From assembly GCA_000004695.1 (NCBI GenBank), contig CM000152.2:4544001-4608000 (forward strand): a stretch of DNA of 64,000 bases. The letters run 5' to 3'. Below the pieces are notes generated by a model that was given only the letters and a program-made list of their open reading frames with translations, was not told the origin of the DNA and ran no database searches. Position 1 is the first letter of the stretch. Every line of letters starts with the position of its first letter. The stretch is from Dictyostelium discoideum (lineage: Eukaryota). The translations under genes and the position numbers were made by a program. Below are positions 1 through 12,536 of the stretch, piece after piece.

Positions 1-1445
1 TATTTTTTTTTATACATATGTATAAAATCTATCTAAAAAAAGAAAACAAAATAAAATAAAAAAAAATAAAAAAAATAAAAAAAAAATAAAAAAAAACCAC
101 ACCACTTCAATTAAATTTGTATTGTTGTGGAAAACATAAATTTTTGCAGTAATCGTATAATGATTTTCTTTAAAAAAGTGTGTTTATGTAATATAATTTT
201 TTTTTTTTTTTTTTTTTTTGTTTTTTGTTTTTATCTGTTGTTTGAATATAAAATTATATTTATAAAAGTGTAATTTATTTTAACAATATGATTGAAATTT
301 TTTATAATTGTTATTATTATTATTATTATTTTTTTTTATTTTTTTTTTATTTTTTTTTTTTTATTTTTTTTGTTATCTTGCCTTTATTTTGATAATCCAC
401 TATTGTCTACATGCTATGTCCTTTTTTTAAAATGATTTTTTTTTTTTTTCATAAAAAAAAAATCTCCACTTTTTTGTAATTAATCCAAATTATCTAATCT
501 TTTTATGTTATTTGTTCTTTATTAATGTTGTGGTGATTGAAATTTATTTTTTTTTTTTTCTTTTTTTTTAAATTTTTTGTTTATTTATTTTTTTAAAAAA
601 AAAAAATATAAAATAAAAATAAAATGTGATTTGATTTTGTATATATACAAACTTATATATACATATATTGAAACAAACAATATGTAGAAAATCCTTTTTA
701 TTATATTATAAATAATAAAAAAAATAAAATAAAATAAAAAAATAAAAAAATAAAAAACAAATAATTAAAAAAATTATACCTTTTTTTTTTTTTTATTTTA
801 TTTTTTGTTTTTTTTTTTTTTCTTTGAGTATTAAAAAATAAATTGATAGTATTTTTTTTTTTTTTTTTTTTTTTTCTAAAAAACTTTTTTTTTTTTTTTT
901 TATTTATTTTTTTTTTTTTTTTTTTTTTTCGAGTCGGACTCCGGTTTAACAATAAAACTTTGTCATTTTTTAAAAAAAATTTTAAAATACTGGTGGTGAA
1001 AAACACTTTTTTTCAAACGAGTTTTTGTTTTTTTCAAAAACAATAGAAATTCATCTTTTGATCATCACCAAAAAAAAAAAAATTTTAAAAAAAAAAAAAT
1101 AAAAAAAAAAACAAAAAAAATAAAAATAAAAAAAAGATATTTTGAAAAAAAAAAAAAAAGTCAACTGTTTCATTTTTTTTTTTTTTTTCAAAATTTTGAA
1201 TTTTTTCAAAATTTTCCAATATTTTTTATTTCACTTAATCACTGTTTTGATTTTTTTTTTTTAATTATTTTATTTTAGTATTATTATTATTTTAATTATT
1301 ATTATTTTAATTATTATTTTAATTTTATATTGAATTGTTAATTTAATTTTATTTGTATTATTAATTTAATTTGGTTTATTTTATTTTATTTTATTTTATT
1401 TTTGTAAAGTTAAAAATAAAAAAAAAATAAAAAAAAAATAAAAAA

Positions 1446-2297
1446 ATGGAAATTTCGCCAACTAAAATTAAATCAGTTTTATTAAAATTAATCCAGATTT
1501 TATTTTTTACAATTTCAATTTCAATTTATATTGATTTAGTTGGTAATAGTAATAATAAAAATAATATTAATAATAATATAAATAATGAAGAATTATTATT
1601 AAATAAACAAATACAAATTTATTATTGGTTTGTTGGAATTATATTATTTTCAATTGCATGGAGTATTGGTACATTTAAATGGTTATCAAGATTCTTTTTA
1701 ACATTTTTCATAATTAAATCAATTCAACAATTAATTCAACATTTACCAATTGAGTTTTATGATAAACTTAGAAATTTAATAGTTTTTGGAACATTTTCAA
1801 AATTTGATTTCACAAGTACTGGCATAATCACTGAATCATTACCAACATTATATGATAACTTTTTTGGTGGAAACATTTCACCATTTTCAATTGAAATAAT
1901 TGGTATTCAATCTTGTTTAATCATTTTCTTTAGTACATTAGGTTTCAATATTTATTTAGCTGACAAATTTTGGTTAATTAAAACCATCATTGTAGATTGG
2001 ATAATCAGTGCTATACTTTTAATCATTTTCTCCATCACTGACCTATTAATGAACCAAAGTAATGTTTATTCCGTAATCTCCTATATCTTTGGTTCAAATG
2101 TCTTAGGTTTCGGTACCATCAAAATCCAAGAATTCCTTTGGAACCTTTCTTCAAAATATGATGATAAATTAAATTCAACAATAATAAAATCCACAAAATC
2201 AAATAATAACAATAATAACAATAATAATAATAAACAAGATGATAATATAATTTATGATACAGATTCCTCATTTAATGGACAATCATCTTCTTCCTCT

Positions 2298-2332
<35 letters not shown>

Positions 2333-2801
2333 AGCAACAACAACAACAACAACATTGGTTAATGATAATTCAATAATTTCAGAATATGTTACAGAGAAAA
2401 TTATGATTGAAGAAAATGGTGAAATTAAGGAGCAGGAAGTTCAAGTTGATAAATTAGATTATAGTAAATTAAATGAAGATCAATTGAATGCAATTTTAAG
2501 TGAACCAATTTTAGAAACCCAAATTACAACTAGAAATGTTTCATATCATAAATCAACGAGATTTATAAATAATTTAATTGCACCCGAAAATATTAATTCA
2601 AGAATTAGTGCAAAGGAATTTGTTGGCGTAATTATTTTATGGGTTTACACAATTTCAAATTTTATAATTTCAGATTATTCACTTTTAACAATTCCAAATA
2701 TTTTAGTTGTAGTTGGTTTCTCTGGTACAATTCTAACTTATTTATCAACAATTTCTGCTAAAAGATTAACAAATAAAAATCCTTCAAAAAGAGAATGTTA
2801 A
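1446..2801 (+). CDS. Hypothetical multi-pass membrane protein (451 aa), single exon
   Basis: Long ORF with several hydrophobic helices (e.g. YYWFVGIILFSIAWSIG, IIGIQSCLIIFFSTLGFNIY, WIISAILLIIFSI). Internal poly-Ser/poly-Asn tracts are typical of Dictyostelium coding sequence. No recognisable catalytic motif. Confidence 0.5.
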
Positions 2802-3455
2802 ATCTTTAAAAAAAAAAAAAAAAAAAAAAATGGTATTATATAAAAAGTAATAAAATAGATTTTTTATTTTTAAATCATAAAATATAATGGTGTTCATATT
2901 TTAATAATAGTTATTAGTACGCGTAAAAATCAATCAATTTATTTTTAGATATAATTAATATTTTTAATATAGGTTATATGTTTTTAATTTTTTAATTTTT
3001 TAATTTATTAAATATTTAGATATTTAGTAATAATAATAATAATAATTATAATAATAATAATAATTAAGAAAAAGGATAAAACACCAAAAAATATTGGGTT
3101 AATTTATTAATATATTTTTAAAAAAAAAATAACCCTCCCCCTCCCCCATCTTTTTTTAACCCCTTTTTCCTATTTCGACTAAATTTTTTTTTTTTTTATT
3201 TTAATTTTATTTTTTTTTTTTTTCGTGTTAAATAAAATTTAAAATGGTTCTATAAAAGTGTTAAAATTTTAATTTATAATTTAAAAAAAAAAAAAAAAAA
3301 TGTCTACAATAAAGAGATTGAGAAACCATTTAAAAAAGTAATTTTTAAATAAATATTATATTTTTTTAAAAAAAAAAACAATTAAGATAATAATATTTTT
3401 TTTTTTAAATTTAATATTAAATAATAATAAAAACAATAATAATAAAATTAAAATT

Positions 3456-3668
3456 ATGTTATGCTTTAATGATTTTAATTTTCCAAAGGAATGGGAAGTA
3501 GTACCAAATTCATTCAAATATATTGATATAGTAATAAAAGAAATAATTGGTTTTGGTTTAATCAAAGAAAATGATCAAGAATTAAAAATGATTGTAAATC
3601 AAGCCATTTCAATTGCTGCTTATTTTTGGCCATATGCAAATGAAGAACAAATGGTAATGGGAGGGTTA

Positions 3669-3715
<47 letters not shown>

Positions 3716-4845
3716 TAAATATTAAAAAAAAAATATAACAATAATAAATAAATAAAATAAAATAAAATTTTTTTTTTTTTTAAAAACTAATATTTTCGAA
3801 AATTATAATTATTACTATTATAGGTCAGTACTGTGTTGGTGTGTCTTATTTGATGATCCACTAGATACAAATAAATTAGATGAAAAAAAAGGTTTAGAAA
3901 TTGTTAGTAGAACAGAGAAATTACTTTTAACTAGAACTTTACCAAATAACCCCACAAATCTTGAAAAGTATGGATTTACAATTTTTGAAAAATGTTTAAA
4001 ATATTGTGGAACCAATACTCATATGTATGACATGTTAATTAAATTAACAGTTCAGTGGATTTATTCTATAATTCCATTCAATAAATTAAATGTAAGTAAT
4101 TTTTTTTTATTTTTTTTATTTTTAAATTAATAAAATAAAAAAAAAAAAATTAGAAATTAATATTAAAACTGTTAATTTTAAAATAGGAATCACCAGTTCA
4201 CCCAGAAACCCTAAAATATATAAGAAAAATAAATATTGGTATAGAATTCACTGTAAGTTTATTTATTAATTTTTTTTATATTTTATTTATTTAAGAAACG
4301 GTTTAGATTATTAATAATGCAATATTTTTATTAATTTTTATTAGCAATCAATATTTTATATAATAAATTCAAATAATAAAGTTGATTTGATAGTTTTGGC
4401 AAATCCTTTATATCAGAAATTGGTTGATTTAAGTTCATTAAATATTTCGTTTGTTAATGATGCAGCAAGTTTTTGTAAAGAAATAAAAGATGGCGGTAGT
4501 GATAATAATTTATTTATTATTTTAATGAAAAGATTAGGTGGTATTGAATTTATTAAAGAAGCATATAAACAATTAACAGATTTATCAAATGGATACATAG
4601 ATGAATTTTGTTATTATGAGAAATTATTACTTTCAAGTCTTTCAAAACAACAACAAAATGAAATTCAAATCTTTATTGACCACCTAAAATATTTAATGAA
4701 AGGAAATCAAATATGGTCAACCAAAACAATAAGATATGCAACGGAAGATCATCCAATTATTCAATTAAGAAATTCAACTAATAAATTAATTGAAAATAAT
4801 ATTAATATGGATAAAGTATCATTAACAAATAAAAACTATATTTAA
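3456..4845 (+). CDS. Class I terpene synthase. Four exons: join(3456..3664, 3824..4091, 4187..4252, 4345..4845), about 348 aa
   Basis: Aspartate-rich DDxxD-type motif VLFDDPLD in exon 2. NSE/DTE motif NDAASFCKE (NDxxSxxxE) in exon 4. Introns carry GTTAGT/GTAAGT donors and TAG/AAG acceptors with conserved phase. Size and motifs match the Dictyostelium microbial-type terpene synthase family. Confidence 0.8.
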
Positions 4846-4967
4846 TATATTTATATTATTATATTTAAAAAATAAATAATAAATAATTTTTGAAATTCAA
4901 AAAAACACACTGTTAATATGTTTTAAATTATCGACGTTATTAAAAATCATTATTTATTTATTTTTTG

Positions 4968-5339
4968 GCAGCAGCTTTTTTGGCAGCTAATTTGGCTTTA
5001 GCAGCAGCGACGATGGTCTTTAATGGTTGTCTTGGGTTTTTGTGGGCTTTGACCTCTTGCATATCACCACGAACGTATCTTTTGATTTCAGTACCAATAC
5101 GAGCGTATCTTTGATTTCTGGCGAAACCTAATTCAACCTATTTTATGTATGTTATTTTATATTTTTTAATTTTAACATGATTAATACCTATACATCATAT
5201 CTATCTATAATAACCTGTTTCTTCTTTATCTACTTACACCTTTTGAGGAGGTCTTTTTGTGGACGACGGCTTTTTTAATACCGTTTCTGTGGTCCTTTCT
5301 GTTTTTGTGATGGGTTGAGTGATTCTTTGACTTGGCCAT
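4968..5339 (-). CDS. rpl29: 60S ribosomal protein eL29. Two exons: 5238..5339 and 4968..5137
   Basis: Translation is MAKSKNHSTHHKNRKDHRNGIKK...KAKLAAKKAAAKK. The N-terminal MAKSKNHT-HN-RK-HRNGIKK signature of eL29 is present. One GTAAGT...TAG intron after the codon GGT. Confidence 0.85.
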
Positions 5340-6104
5340 TTCTATTTTTTTTTTTTTTTTTTTTTTTGATAATGGGTATGTGATAATTGTATGTTAGTTT
5401 CAATCTTTAATCTTTAATCTTTAATCGTGTTATTGATTATTAATCAATCTTCTCCATTGATAATCATTAACTAATATTGGGTCTATTTGTCTCTTTATCT
5501 CTTCTCTCTTTCTATGTCTCATAGAAAGAAAAAGTGATTACGGATATACATATAAAATGTGACATACCTTTGTGGTGATAAAAAAACAATAAATTTGAAC
5601 AAAAAAAAAAAATTCGATAAAAAAAAAAATTTTATGCGGGCACTCGCTCAAAAAAAAAAAATTGGATTAATTTTTCGTGACTAAACGTTTTTCATTTTTC
5701 ATTTTTTCATTTTTTTTATTTTTTTTTTTTTTAATAAGATAATTTTTTTTTTTTTTTTTTTTTTTGGGAAGATAATTAAAATATTTTCCTTTTTATTATT
5801 ATTATTTTTATTATTATCATTATTGTTTTATTTTTATTATTATTATTATTGTTCCAAATATTAATATTTTTATTTATTATTATTTACTTATTTATTTAGT
5901 TAATTAATTTTAAAATTAATAAAAATTGGAATAATATTATTTCTATAATTTATTAATTTTTAAAAATTTACTATTGGTTTTTTTTTTTTTATTTAAATAT
6001 TTTTTTTTTCTATTGGTTTTTTTCTTTTTTTTTTTTTTTTTTTTCTTCTTTTTTTTTTTTTATTTTTTTTTTTTTATTTTTTTATTTTATTTAATTTTAA
6101 CAAA

Positions 6105-7239
6105 TTAATTTGAAGAACCAGATGATAATATTACACTTTTAATCGAGTCAACCCATTTTTGAGGATTATGAGCAACATCTTCTAAAAGATATTTTCTTTT
6201 TGGAGTTTTAATAACGAAATTATTGTTTGATTTTAATTTTGGTTTTATTGAATCGGACCATGGAATTTCGCCTTTAAGTTCCATTTTCTTTGGATCTATA
6301 TAAATTAATCTTGGTGTATCAGTTAAAATTAATTGTCTCTTTTTTATAGAGAAACCTTTACGTTTCCAAACTAAACCTTGATAAATGACATTTTCACCAT
6401 TATTTAACCATTTACTAATATTATTACTACTACTACCACCATCTCTACTACCGCCACTACTACCACTACGTTGAGTTGGTTGTTGAGATGATGACGATGA
6501 CGATGATCTTGGTGTTGATAAATTTCCATTACTAATATTAAGGTTATTACTACTATTACTATTACTATTACTATTACTAATATTATTGCTACTACTATTA
6601 TTATTATTATTTATATTATTTATATTATTATTATTATTATTATTATTATTACATGAATTTTGTTGATGATTTTCATCAACATTATTATTTCTTGGTGTTG
6701 TACAATCTAAAGATGGTGAAAATAATTCATCACCATCGAAAATGATTTTTTCTTGAGGTGGTTGAATTGGTGGTGGTGGGTGAGACATATTTGATAAAGA
6801 GGACCAATTGAAATCTTGAAAGAATGGATGTGCTTTTAGGTTATCAAAACCACCAGGTGTTGAACTTGAACCTAAACGATCAGTTGGTTTAATTACTAAT
6901 AGTTTTTCAACTAAATCTTTAATCACTGGATTCATATTGATTGGATAAACCAATTCTCTATTCGATACTTTTTGAAATGTTAAAAATTCAGTTTTACCAC
7001 GAAATGGCACTCTTCCACTTGCCATTTGATATATAATACACCCTAATGCCCATAAATCTGAATCAGTTGATGTCTCTTTATTACTAATTAATTCTGGTGA
7101 TACATATTCTGCTGTACCAACAAATGAATTATTTCTTGTTAATTTTGGTATTTCTGTTGTTTTTATATTATTTATATTTGCATTTATATTTGTATTTATA
7201 TTTGTATTTGTATTTGTATTTGTATTTGAACCTGCCGCT

Positions 7240-7289
<50 letters not shown>

Positions 7290-8331
7290 TGTTGTTGTTG
7301 TTGTTGGTTGTAAATTTGGTGATATCATTGAGTCTGTGGTACTTGCACTATCCACACTACTTGTTCTATTTTGTTGTTGTTGTGTTAAATCAGTACTAAC
7401 TGATAAATTATTTACATTATTTAATAAACTACTTAAATTACCAGAACTATTTGTTGGTAATTGTTGTTGTTGTTGCTGCTGTTGTTGTTGCTGTTGTGAT
7501 GATTGTGGTGGTGGTAAAATTTTACCAGTACCAAAATCAGTAATTTTAACATGTAAATCACTAGACATTAAAATATTTTCAGGTTTTAAATCTCTATGAA
7601 CAATACCTAATGAATGTAAATGCTCTAATCCACTTATAATTTCCGCTACATAATATTGACATGATCTATAATCAAATGATCCAACTTTTTTAATTTGATG
7701 TAATAAATCACCTTGTGAACATAATTCTAAAACATAATCTTTATAAAATAAAATAAAAATAAAAAAAAAAAAAATTAGTATTTTTTAATTCTTATATGAA
7801 CACATTAAGAATATAATTAAATTAATAATAAAAATGAAATTAATTTGATATTATTAATTAGCTAATTAATTAATTAATTAATTAATTAATTAATTAATTA
7901 ATTCTTACATAAACATTGTTCAGATCTAAAAGTAAAAAATAATTTTACAATATTTGGGTGATTTGATTTACAAAAGATTTCTTTTTCAATTTGTACATAT
8001 TTTATTTTATTTTCTTTAATGATTTGTTTCTTTTCTAATATCTTTATTGCGTATTGTTGTTGTGTTTCTTTTTCTGTGCCTAAAACCACTGCACCATAAG
8101 ATCCTTCTCCTAAAACTTTACCAATTATAAAATCTTCAATAGTTTTCTTTTTAGCTGATTGAATAGATGGTGATGATAATGATGGTGATGATAAAAATGG
8201 TGAAAGTGACATATTTAAATCAATTGCTGATGCTGTTGCAGTAGTGGTTGTTGTATTATTAGGAGGATCAGTTGATGATGATGGTACACCACCACCACCA
8301 CCACCACTCGTATTTGTAATAACAATATTTT

Positions 8332-8335
<4 letters not shown>
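6105..8335 (-). CDS. pdkA: 3-phosphoinositide-dependent protein kinase 1 (PDK1) homologue. Two exons: 7909..8335 and 6105..7738, about 687 aa
   Basis: Kinase subdomains are present: GxGxxG-like GEGSYGAV, VAIK-like YAIKILEK, HRDLKPEN, DFG, and SPE/DLWALGCIIYQM. A C-terminal PH domain is present (WKRKGFSIKKRQLILTD...). The exon junction restores FTFRSEQCLYYVLELC, matching the PDK1 core. The intron carries a (TTAA)n microsatellite. The symbol is inferred from size (about 686 aa) and is not proven. Confidence 0.75.
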
Positions 8336-8394
<59 letters not shown>

Positions 8395-8626
8395 CCTTCT
8401 TTACTTATTATTATTATTTGTAATTATTATTAATAATTTTGATTGTGACTTTAGGTGTGGTACTAAATTTTCGGTATATTATTAACAAAAATATAGAACA
8501 AAAAAAAAAAAAAAAAAATATAAAAAAAATAAAAATCCAAGTGTTGCGGAATCAAATCTTATGTGGTGTAATGATGGAAATTTTATTATAAAATTAATAT
8601 GGCTGGGTCAGTTATTCAGTTTCCTT

Positions 8627-8660
<34 letters not shown>

Positions 8661-9149
8661 AAAAAAAAAAATGATGGATGAGATGAATACAAATAACACA
8701 AGATAAAAACATTTAAAATTCATTATTATTTTTGAATTTATATAAATAAGTTTACTTATTTTTAAACCATACAAAATCAAACCACCATTTTTTATTTTTT
8801 TCAAATAATTTCAATTAATATTTTTATTTTTTTTTTTTTTTTTTATTTTCTTTTTTAAATAGACACCGAAATTTTAGCATTAAGGAATTTAAATTAAAAT
8901 TTCAATATTTATATCCATTAATGCTACCACTTTAATTTTTATTTTTTTATTTTTTTTTATTATTTTTTTTTTTTTATTTTTAATTTTTTTTCTTTTTCTT
9001 TTTCTTTTTCTTTTCACTTGTCTCTTATCTTTTTTTTTTTTTTTTTATTTTTTTAATTTTTTAATTTTTTATTTTTTTAATTTTTAATTTTTTAATATTG
9101 TCACCATCAATTAATGAAATAATAATAAAAATAAAAATAAAATATATTT

Positions 9150-9183
<34 letters not shown>

Positions 9184-9202
9184 TAATAATAATTATAATA
9201 AA

Positions 9203-11374
9203 ATGACAATTCCATATAAAATTTCATATTTTTTAATATTTTTTACGATACCACTTATGGGATCATTCCTATTATTATTTATAAGATTTCTATTCCTAGA
9301 AAATAAACATCATATAAGGAATTTTAATTATAATGGTGATAATAATAATAACAATCGAAATAAGAAATTAAAAAAGTATTTCATATTATCATTATTTTTA
9401 TATACATCAGCTATAATTGGATTCATTTTCACTTTATCATCATTTTCAAGTTGGAATTATTTACCTATAGAATTAACAACTATTACTTCAATAATAATAT
9501 TATTATTTTTTACATTTTATCAATTAATAATTCAATTTGAAGTTGAAAGAAAGAAACGAATTTTTAAAGTTAGAAAAAATAAAAATAAAAAATATTTCAT
9601 TCAAAGCCCACCAAATTTTAATAATGGTATAATTTTAAATAATAATAATAATAATAATTATGAAGATGATAAATCAAATATTAAAGAAAATATATTATTA
9701 GAATCATTAAATAGTAAACAAGATGGAGTAGTAATAGCAGCAGCAGAAGAAGAATATTATGAACAAGAGGAAGAAGAAGAAGAAGAATATAATGAAAATA
9801 AATCATTTTATAATTATAGTAATCAAATTGATACAAAATTAGGAATTTTAGATAGATTTAAAAAGAAGATAATTTATTTTATAAAGGATATTATAGAGAC
9901 TATTAAATTTAAACCAAAATTATCAATAACTTTAATATTGATATCACTTTTAATTTCAATAATGATACCAGTACTTTTGAATGATGTTTGTATTTGTTCA
10001 CATCCAATGAATGTTTCAACATCATTCACTAGAAAACTATTTCAAGAATCTTATTGTAAAAATGGTGAAATCTGTTTCCTTTATTTAACATTACCCAAAG
10101 ATGCATCAACATCAATGGTTTTACAAATTCATACATTTAATAAACCATCAAATATTATAATTACAATAACAAAGAATACTAATACTACTGGTGGTGGTGG
10201 TGGTGGTGGTGGTGGTAGTGGTGAAGATATTATATCAATTTCAAAATTTAATTTCATATCAATGTCAAAAATAATTAATGATTATCCAAGATATATAAGT
10301 TATATTGATTTAATTGGATTAAAAGAGAATACAAATTATAGTTTTAAAGTTAATTTCACAAGTAAAGAAATTCAAAAAACTTTAAATACTTATGATGGTG
10401 TAAATCTATTTCAATTTAAAACATTTTCAAATCAATCAGATTCAATCATTAAATTTGTATCTGGTGGTGATATAGTAATAAATAAAGATTCAAAAGATTT
10501 AGCAAAACATGCATCAATTAATTTTAATCCTGATTTCATTGTTGTTGGTGGTGATGTGGTTTATGAAGATGGTATAGGTTCATGTTATAAAAGATGGGAT
10601 GAAAAATTATCATTTTTCAATACTTATTTTAATTTAAAAATTAGTAATAATAATAGTAGTAGTAGTAGTAGTTTATTTTTAAAACCAATATTATTATCAA
10701 TTGGTAATCATGAGGCTGGTGCATTTTATCAAACTCATAAACAAGTACCATTTTATTTTAAATATTTCTTATTTGAATTGGATGGATTTAAAGATGGAAT
10801 TGATGAAAATAAAAACTCTTATCATATTCATAAAATTGCATCACATACATCAATAACTTCATTGGATAGTTGTGTAGTATCGACATGGGATCAACAAGCT
10901 CAATGGTTACATAATCAATGGAGTAATGAGGAATTCAATAATACAAATAAATTAGTAGTTTATCATCATCCAATTTATCCTGCTTGGAATTTGGATGGTT
11001 TAATACCAGAGTCTGGTAGAGATGTAATGATACCATTATTCGATAAATTTAAAGTACCTTTTGTTTTTGAAAATCATGAGCACCTTTTTAGACGTACAAA
11101 GAAATTAAAAGGAAATAAAATAATAGAGAATAATTCTACAACAACAACGACAACATTATCTCAAGGTACTTATTATGCTGGTTCAGGAAGTTTTGGTATT
11201 TCAAATACAAATATAATTCCATCCAATAATGATGAGTCATTACCTTGGTATTTAGCTAAAAGATCTTATTGTAATCATCTTTGGTATATAACTGCAACTC
11301 AAAAAGAAATTCTCGTTGAGGCATTTGCACCAAATGGTGATAAAATTGATAAAATTAATTATATTCAAAATTAA
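9203..11374 (+). CDS. Membrane-anchored calcineurin-like metallophosphoesterase (purple acid phosphatase-like), 723 aa
   Basis: N-terminal transmembrane helices. C-terminal metallophosphatase motifs are present: GGDIV...VVGGDVVYEDG (GDxxY), GNHEAG (GNHE), VVYHHPIYP, and ENHEHLFRR (GHxH-like). Confidence 0.7.
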   Translation: MTIPYKISYFLIFFTIPLMGSFLLLFIRFLFLENKHHIRNFNYNGDNNNNNRNKKLKKYFILSLFLYTSAIIGFIFTLSSFSSWNYLPIELTTITSIIILLFFTFYQLIIQFEVERKKRIFKVRKNKNKKYFIQSPPNFNNGIILNNNNNNNYEDDKSNIKENILLESLNSKQDGVVIAAAEEEYYEQEEEEEEEYNENKSFYNYSNQIDTKLGILDRFKKKIIYFIKDIIETIKFKPKLSITLILISLLISIMIPVLLNDVCICSHPMNVSTSFTRKLFQESYCKNGEICFLYLTLPKDASTSMVLQIHTFNKPSNIIITITKNTNTTGGGGGGGGGSGEDIISISKFNFISMSKIINDYPRYISYIDLIGLKENTNYSFKVNFTSKEIQKTLNTYDGVNLFQFKTFSNQSDSIIKFVSGGDIVINKDSKDLAKHASINFNPDFIVVGGDVVYEDGIGSCYKRWDEKLSFFNTYFNLKISNNNSSSSSSLFLKPILLSIGNHEAGAFYQTHKQVPFYFKYFLFELDGFKDGIDENKNSYHIHKIASHTSITSLDSCVVSTWDQQAQWLHNQWSNEEFNNTNKLVVYHHPIYPAWNLDGLIPESGRDVMIPLFDKFKVPFVFENHEHLFRRTKKLKGNKIIENNSTTTTTTLSQGTYYAGSGSFGISNTNIIPSNNDESLPWYLAKRSYCNHLWYITATQKEILVEAFAPNGDKIDKINYIQN

Positions 11375-11468
11375 TTATAATAAATTCCAATTTTTAATAA
11401 AAATTAATTTTTTTCAATCAACTATAAAACATTTTATTTTAAAAGATATTTTTAATTCATAATATTTT

Positions 11469-11501
<33 letters not shown>

Positions 11502-12004
11502 ATAAACAAATAATAAAAATAATATTTCAGATTTTTTTTTTTATTATTTTATTTTTTTTTTTCTTGGGTTCGGGATTATTTTTTTTTTTTTGGGTTTTGG
11601 CCTAGGAATACAAAAAAAAAAAAAAAAAAAAAAGAGATAAAAAAAGAGGAAAAAAAAGAGATAAAAAAAAAGAGATAAAAATTAAAATGTAAATTAAATT
11701 TTTATATTTTTTTTATTAAAAATAAAACTCCAAGTTTAATTAATTGCCACCTTTTTTTTTAATTTTATCTTTTCTTTTCAATTTTTTTTTTTTTTTTTTT
11801 TAGGGTAAAATTTCTTTGTTTTTAAAATTAAATTATTTTTAAATTTAATAAAAAAAAAAAAAAAAATTATGGATGTTTGGAATTATCTTGAGCTTATTAA
11901 ATTTATTTTTTATGTTTTAATGACTATATAAATGACATTCACCACTTTTTTATTTATTTTTAACAAAATTTAATTTTTTGTGTTTTTTGGTTTTTGTGCG
12001 CCCC

Positions 12005-12047
<43 letters not shown>

Positions 12048-12536
12048 CGAACAAAAAATAAGGAAAAATTTTCACATCTTAATTTTCTCTGCCTTATGAA
12101 ATCTTCACAATAAAAAACTCCATCCTAAAATGTTTCTAAATAAATAAACCTATTTTTTTTTTTATTTATTTTTTTATTTTTATTTTGTTACGTAATGATT
12201 ATTGGCAATGTTGTTACAAGGATGGGATCTTAAGAATGAATAGCTATTGGAACAGCGGCAGACGACCATTTGCCCGCAGTAGGTTTTTTATTTTTTACAC
12301 TTTCTATATTCTAACTTCGAATAATATATAATTTAATTATAGCTATCAACCACAAAATTTTTAAAAATAATAAAAAATTATAAATAATGTTTTTTTATTT
12401 TTTATTTTTTTTTTTTTTATTAAATAAGTTACTTTATTTTAAAATAAATTATAATAATAATAATAATAATAAAAATAATAATAATAATAATAAAAAAAAT
12501 AATAATAATTTTTTAAAAAATTTCATTCAACATCAA

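Noticed and set aside
7097-7599. Plus-strand ORFs 7097..7399 and 7336..7599 (poly-Tyr, poly-Cys)
   Set aside because: These are antisense translations of the pdkA (AAT)n/(CAA)n repeat tracts. They are low-complexity artefacts.
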